A stretch of 64,000 nt of DNA, taken from assembly GCF_032062105.1 (NCBI RefSeq), contig NW_026935291.1, positions 434,001-498,000 on the forward strand, given 5' to 3'. A program made the translations under genes and the position numbers. The notes beneath the pieces are model-generated. The model had not been told where the DNA came from. It saw only the letters and a list, made by a program, of their open reading frames with translations, and made no database searches. This document shows, in pieces, positions 54,501 through 64,000 of the stretch. Every line of letters begins with the position of its first letter. Position 1 is the first letter of the stretch. Source of the DNA: Saccostrea cucullata (lineage: Eukaryota).

Positions 54501-57500
54501 CCAACAAAGCGTTGATTGGTTGTTTGCAATGGGGCAGAATTTATTATATCTTCTTTTATAACTCTGTATCAATAACAAAATTCTAAGTTCTTTAAACTTT
54601 CAACATCTTGGCTTAGTGTAGATTCAGACAAGAGACTTTTCATGATAAAAAAAGTCTACAATGCAATCAAGGAATAAGGGAAACGGTTTATTTAATCATA
54701 AATGTACATTTTGTAACAGGCAATAGGACTGACAGACAACACTCAGTGGATGTCGTTTACCCAGGCCAGGGATTACTGTCAAGGTTACGGAGGGGACCTA
54801 GCCAGCATCCACAGTGCAGGGGAAAACAGTTTTATTAAGACTTTAACACGGTAAGACAAAAATCATGTCTTTTAGGTTTACGAGTATATTGTGTCAAAAC
54901 AGCAAATGTAAGGTAATTTGAAACGGTTTATAATAAATTTTTATTCATATTACATGTCATTTAAAAATGAAGAGAAATTACAGTGTATGCTCTAGGAATG
55001 AAGTGATAGCTAGTTGACTTTAATATCTTTTAATGAAAATTGTTAATAATTTTTCAATACAGATCGGCATCTGTCAACATCTGGATTGGACTGAATGACA
55101 GAGATGTCGAAAGTGGTGAGTACTTGTCTTAAATGTTTTCCCTATCGCCTTAAAGGTAAATTAAATTTACAAATTGACTATCAAATCACTGTCATTTAAG
55201 GACACAAGTGGACAGACGGAAGTGCCACAGATTATACTCAATGGAACCGAGGAGAGCCTAATAACTTTGCCGATACGGAAGATTGCGTTGAACTGACTCG
55301 CGGCATTGGAGGTTGGAATGACGTCAACTGTTTCTTCAGTAAGCCGTTCGTGTGTAAAGTCGCTAAAGGGGTGCAACTCTCTACAACAGCAGTACTACCT
55401 ACGGCCTCATCATGTAAGTCTTCCCTTCTCTATTTCGGATCTTTCAAATTTTAATTTAAATAATTTAAAAATATGTTCATTCAATGCTCTGTTTTATTAG
55501 CTGGATCGTGTGGAACAGGATGGGTTTTCTATAATCAGTTCTGTTATTACATTGGTAATGGCACTACGCTCATGACCTGGTTTGATGCTAGATCCACGTG
55601 TAATCAGATGGGAGCAGAATTGGCCAGTATTCACAGTCAAGATGAAGACAACATGCTTGTTGGACAGGTAAAATTAGGGATTCAATAACAAATCACCTGA
55701 CTAGCTAAAGGACTTCAAACAGATTACATTTTCAATCTGTTCGCCTCCATTTGCATAGATATATATTTCTTTTCCATTTCTTAGTCTGTGAATACACTCA
55801 ATTAATGAAGAAGTCCAATAAAGTTTATTTTATCAGTTTTGTGCATGCTAACAATTTTCAGTGGAAATCACCAGCGGGGAAAAATAGGTCTAATAAATAC
55901 GGTAGTTGCGTTTGAAGTGCGTTTGCAAACATATTTGCGAAATTCATTCGCTTGGCTCTCTGAAGTGTACGCTTGGACCTGTGTACCAGTGAAAACTGTC
56001 GCTAGTGCTCAGAGTCCGTGTACTTTCGTTGATGTTCAATTGTATTGTCCTGTGTTACAACTGGACGTGAAACAGACAAACCAGACGTACTCAAGACACC
56101 GTATACATAAGCATTGCTCTAACGGTCAGAAACCAATTTGTCAGTTTCTCATTCGTTTTACATTGGTTTAACAAAGCACTCGATTATTTCCTCAAACGGT
56201 GAGGTCTTTTAGTAAAAATTTAAGCTTAGATTTAAAATATAGTGAAAATCTAAACACGTCCACCTATTTATACGCTGCATATACAAGTATGTATATTGCA
56301 ATAGCTTTAATTAATACGATCTTGGAAGTACAATGTATAAAGTTTCTTGTACAGTCATGTATTTTAAGGATTCAATAATTTTTCTTTTGTTTGATATGTT
56401 TTGACCTTTAGTAAGAAATTAATTTTAAATAAACATCTATTCTTCAGTATACAAAGACCAAACGAACGGTGGACTACTGGATTGGACTAAATGATATCGA
56501 GTATAACAGTAAATATGTGTAAGTTTACACTTCATCAACTTATCAACGTATGCAATTATAAAAATAAAAGCATTGTCAGTATGCAAAACAAATTTCATGA
56601 CTTTTGCAATTGGAAAGAATTCATCAACTTGAAAATTTACAGTAAACCTCACCCCTTTCAGGCTAGTAAAAAAATAATCTGAATGATCTTGATTACGCGG
56701 TATTTGAATTGAATGAAGTCTGGAAGTAAATCAATAGCTGAATTATATGTCAAACCATATACGTGTATTTGTTTTTATTTTGAAAAGACCACTTTATATG
56801 TACGTGTATTCAAAACGTAGACATGATATTTTGTATCTGTCCTTAAGAATTTTCCCGCGCTTTTTAGGTGGACAGACGGTAGTTTATTGGACTTTGTCAG
56901 CTGGAGTCCTCATGAACCAAATGACTATGGCGGCGGGGAAAACTGTGTCACTATGCCCTTCTGGACAGGCGGAAGTAATTAAGTTTTTATTAAAAACCAG
57001 TTTATTACTTTTCTGTATACAAACATATCTTCATTGACTTTTTCCATCCAGTCATATTAACACGTGATTTTATTTTATTACTGAATCTGAGAACTTCTAT
57101 CCAGAAAGCCTGATTAAGTTATGTCAAGGATGGCGTTCAATCAATTGTTGATAACGTTGGATCAACGTTAAATCTGACGTTGGCCCAATGCAAATTTGCT
57201 CATGGGCCCCATGCTGGTTTCTTTCCAGAATATAGACTTTAAGACTCATGTTGTATACATTCTTTAACAGAATGGAACGACGACAATTGCAACATGAAGA
57301 AAAACTATATTTGTAAGAGACCAGTGACTGGAAGTACCAAACCAATCAATCCAGGAACCACTGCCATCATCGCCGCTGGCTGTCCAAATCCTAATTTCAA
57401 ACCCGTCCCACATTGTGAGTTAAATTCCATTTCAAAAATCACGTCTGACATCGTTAATAAGTTCAACTCCGCGCCCCACATTGTTCGTTAAACTCAATAC

Positions 57501-60500
57501 AGTATTGTGTACTACATTTTGTTATTTTCAAATGTAATTTTCCCATGTGCACCGCTTTTTTCAGACGTAAAGTTATCAGAATTTATCACATATGTTAATC
57601 CCCGACGCAATTAATTCTTTCTTGATCGTCTATAATCTTGAAAAATGCAACGAAGATACAATTTCCCATCAAAATATTTAACATTAAAATATAGGAAACA
57701 AAAAAGAGAGATGGAAAAGGAGGAAAATGTGCTAAGAGTTCTTAATTTCAGAAATCTGTAGATTATGTTTTCAAGTTACTCTCATGCACTTTTACTGAAA
57801 TTAAATAAAGTTTTACCTATACAGCCAATAGATGTTTCTTCATTGTCCAAAACAAAGTGAACTGGACGGATGCTGTGTCTGCATGTAGGACTGCTTATCC
57901 AGGAGCGACCTTAGCAACCATCAGCAGTCTGCAGGAACAACGTAAGCCGCTTTTTAAAAATATCTGGAAGAAATATGATCGTATTTTAAATTGACCTCCA
58001 GAATGATCCAATAATTTGTTCCAAGTTACCAGAAATTTGCTACATGTCAGTAAATGCTGACACTACATCAAATGCGAAGAGATCTTAAAACAAGTTTGAA
58101 ATTCACTACTGTGTACAAGGTGATTTTCGACCTATGTTGTTCTCAACTAATTACACTTACCAAACATTTTGGTCTCATTTTACATGAACGCAGGTATATT
58201 TGTATTAAGGAAGTTACTAATCCCTTCTTTGAATTTTGTCAAAATTAATGAACCGACTTGTATTGAGTAGAAAAGGTGCAAAAAAGGAGCAAAAATGTCC
58301 TTATATGAAGGGAAGATTTACATGTAGTTTATCATAAAAAAATTTCTACTCGATAGCATCAAAGAGATTTGTGATATTGGACTTTCAAAACCCCATGGAC
58401 CTCTGGTTAAATATCGTTTTGAAAAAAAAGAATGGGTTTCCTATATATTTTCCAGTATTTTTGAATTCGATGCTATATGACAAAGATCCCAGATTGACTC
58501 TCTGGATTGGTCTAAATGACTTACGTCAGTCACGTAGGTTTACATGGGCAGACAACTCTCCTCTGACGTTCGTCAACTGGTACAAAGGAGAACCCAACAA
58601 CGCACCTGACGGATCCAACGTCAAATGGAACTCGGTAGGTAACATTGATTGCTTACTGCATGTGATTATGCATGACTCTCATCATGGCTGCTCTCATTTT
58701 GAATATCAAAGATTTAAAAGTTTTATTTGTAATATTTCAATTTAACAGGCTTTGTACATCTCCAACTCAAAGGAACTTTCTAATGTATTTCAAAGTTAGG
58801 CAACTAGATTAAGTTTTACAATAGAGATGATTTGGAGTCGGTAGGAAAACACATGTTGGATTTTATTTTAAGGAATTCATTCGAACTGTGAACTGTGATA
58901 TTTGCATAGGAATTCTCTAGCAAATAAATAAATAAATATTGGGTTTATATAGAAGGTTAATGATTACATAATTCTGAAAAAATACTACAATTCATAGATG
59001 AATTGGCTTTTGAAGGGCTACGATATAAATCATAGTTTTATGTTTGTGGTGTTCGTGACTTGTTTCTCAGGAAGATTGTGCCGAGCTTTATATAGATTCT
59101 GACAGGGCGGGGCGTTGGAATGACGCGGTGTGTGGTCAAAACCGAGGCTTTGTGTGCCAGCAACATCGGCGTAAGTCACGTGGCAATACCCATCATGCAC
59201 TGCAACTACTGTCTTCAAGTTTAGAAATCACATTCCCCAGTTATAAATATTCGTTTCAGCTGCAGAATCGCAGACCATGTAAAATGCTGTTGTCTTGGGA
59301 TTCTCCATTTTCAGAACTAAAAACACGAAAACGAAACAGCTATTGTGGATTTTGACTCTACCATACTTCCAACATATTCTTTTGAAAATCTCATGAATGG
59401 CATGCAAGTACAAAATGTGCTAGAAAAAAAAATCTCAAAATACAGAGACAGAAATTAATTTGAAAACGAGTTTTTACAACAGAAGGAACTATGGTAGACA
59501 TTTGGGGAATGTTCTATATATGTCACTGTTTGTAAAGTACTGTGGTATCATTATTGTTCATAGGGGACCAAAGTTCGTGGATTTTTAGCAAAATTTTAGC
59601 ATATTGATTCATTGCAACTACTGTATAAATGATTCAACCACGAAATTAAGTTCTCACTTACAAGTAAAAGTATGCCTGTCTACGAACATTGACCCCCACG
59701 AATTCAAATGCTTCCACAGATTTCATGTCTGAATATGTTACTCCTTTGGTCTGTCCTTACATGTGCACAAATCTTGTTTGTACAGGAGCGTTGTGTTGAA
59801 ATGTACGCCTCCAACAGCGCCGCTGGTCAATGGAATGATAAACAATGTGGCGCAATGCGAAATTTTGTTTGTCAGCAACATCGACGTAAGCCACAACAAA
59901 TCATGGCACAAGCAGTTTACGCTAAAGAGCACTAATCAGGCTCTTCATCTCATTATATCAACTAATTTTTATAATTTTCATTTCAACTTATTTCAATATT
60001 TTTTATTTAAACTAATTTCATTATATTTTATTAACACAAGTTTTAATTTCTCTAATTTTTAATTTTTAAATTATCTGAATTATATTCATCTAGAATTTCT
60101 TTAAAACTAAATTACCTCCATTTTGTTTGATGTCGGAAAAAATGACATTTGTTACTTGTATGCATAATTACTAGTATGTCATTTGTAATCAATAATAGAA
60201 TAACAAATAATTGGAATTTAAAAATGAAAAAAAATGAAAATTTAAAAAACTAAGCATTTCCATTTTCGAATATTTTTTAATGATTTTAAATTCTGCATCA
60301 TGTTTATTCATTATCACAGGCATTACACACGGTTCAATTATATACAATGAGTGCACAGATCACAAATAATCACTTTTACATTTTCAAGATATACGTATTT
60401 TGATAATGAAATGGATACTGTATATTTCATCAGACTGAGCTATTGTGTTTTGTGTAATTGTACAACAATTTAGATTCTAAATAATCTTTACTTTAATCTA

Positions 60501-63123
60501 AGACTATTATAGTATTTATTCATACTGATTACATACCTAAATTCTCGTGTTTGTGTTTTTTTCACACTTTCAAATTGTTGGACAGCCTTGCACAGTTGTT
60601 TACTGTAAACCAATTATTATTCGCATGCAAGAAAAATTCGCGCGACTTGCGATCTTCTGTTACTTGAGAAAATTTCTTTCTGTCTTTCTTCATCTTTCTT
60701 GTAGTAATTCTCAGTTCGCGAAATAGAATCGTCGCAAAAACATTTTAAACAAAAATTCGCGAATAGAAGTCGCTAATAATAATTAGTTTACAATATATAT
60801 TGGGCTTTACCAGTCATATCATTCTTGATACGAACAATTGATTTGAATACAAATTTTTAAACGTTGACAAAACTGTTTATCTATGTTATTCAATTCAAAT
60901 TATGATTTGTAATAAAAAGACAGTACTTGAAATCCGAAAAATCCAAAAATTGGTTCATACAATGTCTGTCATTAAAAATACAAAATTAATATGCAATTTT
61001 ATTCTGGATGACATTACAATGGCACGCTTTGCTTAGATTAATTAACTTATAATTTAAGTAATTTAGAAATCTTACCCCTGCAGAGACCGGCGTTGCTGTT
61101 GCTTCTGTCCAGGGAGCTTGTCCCTCGGGATTCGCTGCTTTCGGGGCCAGCTGTTATCGATATTTCCCGCCAAACGGTGCTGCTGGCTCCTGGACGCAGG
61201 CGCAACAAGTGTGTCAGCAGAACAATGCGCAGCTAGTGGTGATAAGCAACGTGTATGAGGACGGGTTTGTTCAGTCTTTGGCGGGAGATCTCGCTCCTAA
61301 TGGATATTGGATTGGAATGGCGGACCAGACTGTAAGTACTGAAGAGTCAAGAATCAATAGATTTAATAAATAATTTCAATACTTCCATTTCAAGTGCATA
61401 ATGATGATTATAGATTTTTCTAAGCGTTTGTTCATATTGATAGCCAATACGATGCCATTTGCATGATAACAACCTTAACATTACAATATATCTCGAATTT
61501 TCCAGATTTTGCAAAATTTTAATGAGTATTGTTAGAAATAAGAAAAAAAAACATACTTTGATTTAGTCTTCGGGTACCTATACGTGGGTACAATCTGGCT
61601 GGCCAGTCACCTACACCAATTGGGGGGCTGGGGAACCAACTAAGAGTACCGGCGAGGGATGCGTAGCCATCATGAATCACAAATGGAATGATACACAGTG
61701 TAATCAACAGCTAGGATTTGTCTGCCATATCAACAACAGTAAAATTTCTTCTACTTGTAGTATATACTTCTGAAATAAAAATATTACTCTGACGTAAAAT
61801 TCACTGTACATATAAATTAATTTGCAAAATAAGTTAAGAATTCAATGACTCGCGCGTATTCGTACTTTACTGCACAACTGATACAGTATGTGAAAATCTT
61901 TTTTTTCATTTAAGACACGCCCCTTCCTACACCCCCACAGTCATCAGTGAGCTGTGATGGCAATGCTCCTATTGCTGTTGGAGATAGTTGTTACTATATA
62001 TCGGGCTTCAAAACAAAAACCTGGCCCGAGGCGAGCTATCTGTGTGAGAGAATGGGCATGGAACTGGCCAGTTTTCACTCCATTGCTGAAATGAATATCA
62101 TTCTACAGAGGTTCCAGAATTACCAGGCACAGCCAGGTGAAACAGCTCCAAGATATGCCGAGAATATATGGTTAGGAATGACCAAAGGATTTTCAGGTAT
62201 GATTGTTGGATGAACTGGTCTAGTAACTCAAAAACTATATCTGAAACAACTGTTCTTTCTGGGACAGCAAAATATCTTCCTGTTGTTGAAACAGAAATGG
62301 AAAACAGTTGTTTTCATATTTTTATTGTCGTAGATATGTTATTCAAAGAGTCTATTTGCATTGAAAACTGTTTCAAGAGCTTCTTTCCAATAAAGTGTGA
62401 AATCAATGTTGATGGTCTTTTCATGACTTTTCTTCTTCAGACGGGTTTCAGTGGAAGGACGGATCCGCTGTCAATTTCCTGAACTGGGACAAAGGAGAGC
62501 CTTCTGACGCAATGAGTTCCTCCCAGGAGGAATGTGTAGAGATGTACACAAACAGCGGAAAATGGAATGACGTCACATGCTTCACCAAACGAAGATATGT
62601 CTGCAAGAAAGCAGCTCGTACATATCTATTTTTCTTAATATTTGATTTTGAAGGAAATATTGTATTCAACAGAATTAATATGTTTGCATGGATGTTATTA
62701 TCTTTCTTTGATTGAGGGTTTAATTATGTGCCAACAAATTAAGTAAAACATATGAATTTTTGTATATACGAGTAAAATGATAAAATTCAAGGACTTTACT
62801 TTATTTATTTTGGCCAAGAGTAGTTGTTTTTAACCATTAAACTTATCAAACTTCTTTTAAGGATCCATAAGTATAAATCATATACCAAGGGTATTTATTT
62901 TTAGAGATGAGCACTGTGGGGTTCAAACTGACAAGTGGAAATCTCCCACCTCTGAATCCGAATCCTGGAACAACAGGATACAACCCATGGGCACCTGTGT
63001 CATCCACAAATTTCCCAACCAACCGCATCACCCCCAGTCGGCAGACCCTTCAACCTATTACTCAGCCACAGGGAATGGGAAATCCCAACGCAGCCCCTCA
63101 ACAACAGAGTTCATCGTCAATAA
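33506..63123 (+). CDS. Macrophage mannose receptor-like multi-CTLD lectin (12 CTLDs plus Pro/Thr/Ser stalk); 3' end, presumably TM and tail, lies beyond the window
   Basis: Signal exon 33506-33575 (MYFKPGLRILGSLSFIFLQYLNF), then phase-consistent exons 38106-38263, 38485-38627, 39554-39672, 41172-41271, 41382-41508, 41611-41708, 42140-42255, 42480-42609, 42761-42843, 43176-43304, 43528-43635, 44065-44223, 44317-44399, 44561-44708, 44850-44891, 45426-45596, 45913-46029, 47044-47160, 47532-47759, 48426-48580, 48892-49005, 53498-53616, 53891-54036, 54242-54438, 54720-54850, 55063-55115, 55201-55413, 55501-55667, 56448-56518, 56868-56974, 57271-57414, 57825-57941, 58456-58634, [59071-59170 OR 59786-59885], 61084-61331, 61567-61738, 61915-62196, 62441-62617, 62905-63123. 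Repeated C..W....CY / W..A...C...GG.L / WIGL.D / EPN / WND.C...F.C motifs. Confidence 0.92.
34040..36652. mobile_element. Cluster of HINE/pearl-like elements in lectin intron 1 (~34040-34381 +, ~35710-36035 -, ~36170-36652 +)
   Basis: Shared ~170-180-bp unit (aaaaagtaaaataggagg..cacaatg...gaaagt..cattaaatt..attcagtggtat..gttgcggataagagatgggta), (GGAC)n tracts, AACTAG start and cc...gggggtataa terminal hairpin. Confidence 0.7.
39700..40680. repeat. 42-bp G-rich minisatellite
   Basis: Unit gagtagacagagttaacaggggttgagtcaggacacgtcagg, most homogeneous at 40310-40540; produces the 14-aa repeat in ORF 40150..40563. Confidence 0.92.
49224..49582. repeat. 21-22-bp tandem array (aacgagataactaagtcgttat, ~14 copies) with one MITE-like end
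   Basis: Head-to-tail self-complementary units. The 3' end gagcctatccggctttcgta resembles the TIR ggccctatctggacaccata of 30791-31404. Confidence 0.85.
49850..50555 (+). repeat. Degenerate ~150-bp satellite-like array (aggtcaaactccaaggtcaaggtca)
   Basis: Recurrent ggtcaaactccaaggtcaagg...gaaaggtcttgtcacaagg...gaaatatgaaa motifs at ~49955, 50110, 50255, 50395 and 50530. Confidence 0.7.
50553..51237. mobile_element. One SINE split in two: 5' half on - (50553-50665), 3' half on + (51027-51237)
   Basis: The halves join exactly at ggtccttt|ggatgagacc; (CAAT)n tail; TSD ccatttca at both original ends. Confidence 0.8.
51427..51970. mobile_element. MITE with ~115-bp TIRs and 9-bp TSD (Mutator/MULE-like)
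   Basis: ATAGAATAG|tagctgcagaactgta...gattttttgtcgct ... agcgacaaaaaatc...tacagttctgcagcta|ATAGAATAG; TSD at 51418-51426 and 51971-51979. Confidence 0.9.
59071..59170 (+). other. Mutually exclusive exon A of CTLD10
   Basis: tttctcag|GAA...CGG C|gtaagt; 100 nt, phase 0 to 1; EDCAELYIDSDRAGRWNDAVCGQNRGFVCQQHR. Confidence 0.88.
59540..59719. mobile_element. Short MITE between the alternative exons
   Basis: ta-ctgtggtatcatt...ggggaccaaagttcgtgg ... ctacgaacattgacccccacg...aaatgcttccacag imperfect TIRs. Confidence 0.6.
59786..59885 (+). other. Mutually exclusive exon B of CTLD10
   Basis: ttgtacag|GAG...CGA C|gtaagc; 100 nt, phase 0 to 1; ERCVEMYASNSAAGQWNDKQCGAMRNFVCQQHR. Confidence 0.88.
60603..60793. 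mobile_element. Short MITE
   Basis: ta-ctgtaaaccaattattattcgc ... gctaataataattagtttacaa-ta, with internal ttcgcgaa motifs. Confidence 0.55.
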
Positions 63124-64000
63124 GTAAGTAGTGTGTTTTACAATAACAGAAAGTATATTTGTAGTACAAGGTTTAACTTCATGTCAGTATACTAGAAAGT
63201 TATATTTCAGTAACAAAAAAGTTTGTCTTGGGTATGAAAATAAGCTTTCAGAATGAAATGATATTCAAGTTAAAGCTGATATGAACTCTTAAAAAGGCAT
63301 CATTTTACATCTTTGTACGACTTACTACATTCCTGTACGCCTTTGTCCGCCATATTTCATCGATTCCGCCATATTTAATTGAAAATTTTTGGTCACCTGT
63401 ACCTGCTATATAAAGCTTTGTACAATTGTTTCACTTGAGTGATTTTCTAGCCTGGCTGTCGACATGTACACAACTCCGAAAGCATAGTTTTTAGAAGTCC
63501 ATAAACTGACCAAATACATGTTTGAAAAGTAAAAATTCAACAAAAACTAGAACTATACCGAGAATTGAATTATTTTTGAATGCATTTGCTGCAATGTAGA
63601 AAATATACTAACACGGAATACATTCATGTACAGCAAAAATCCATGCATATCGAGAAAACGCGTCAAACGCAGTGATAAAAACATTTACCTGAATACTGCT
63701 ATCGTTACAGGGATGTGCACATGTCGAAAGAATTATCCTATTTTACTTTTATTGAAAAATGCATCTTAGAAGTCATGTAATCCATTGCTAACTCAACAGT
63801 AAAAAATGCTTGGACACATGCCAATGCCGATCATTTTATTTGGTCAGGGAAAATATCAAAGGTTGAAAGCTCCGTGGGGTTGATTGAAAAAAATGCAAAT
63901 AATTTTTTCCAATAATAAACATTACTCTTGTCTGTAAATGTTGTAAATAAAATTTATGAAAACATGGTTTAATTTCATCAAATTTATAAAAGAAAAAAGC

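Noticed and set aside
59886-61083. A third alternative exon copy
   Set aside because: No further ExC...WND...CQQ-like exon seen by eye; only AT-rich intron and a MITE.

Overview
AT-rich, intron-rich eukaryotic DNA. The repeat families and gene content point to a bivalve mollusc, probably an oyster (inference). Reading GT-AG sites and exon phases by hand gives five spliced genes. (1) The 3' part of a CHST15-like sulfotransferase (+, 32-6126). (2) A PAF-acetylhydrolase (PLA2G7/PAFAH2 family; -, 11487-20824). I cannot find its catalytic GxSxG exon, and its next exon is split by a scrambled duplication. (3) A 438-aa signal-peptide/RVEL JmjC-fold protein with an HxH...H metal triad and a UPRE-like upstream site (+, 23173-27648). 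(4) A 77-aa His-rich single-domain Kazal protein missed by the ORF track (-, 29157-30182). (5) A mannose-receptor-like lectin with 12 tandem C-type lectin domains (+, 33506 to past the window end). The most notable signal is a pair of diverged 100-nt exons (59071-59170 and 59786-59885) that are mutually exclusive by reading frame and supply alternative halves of the Ca2+/sugar site of CTLD10. Introns and intergenic DNA hold tRNA-derived SINEs (one split by a ~475-bp inversion), TA- and 9-bp-TSD MITEs, Helentron/HINE-like elements, minisatellites and palindromes. All models are manual; no alignments or searches were run.
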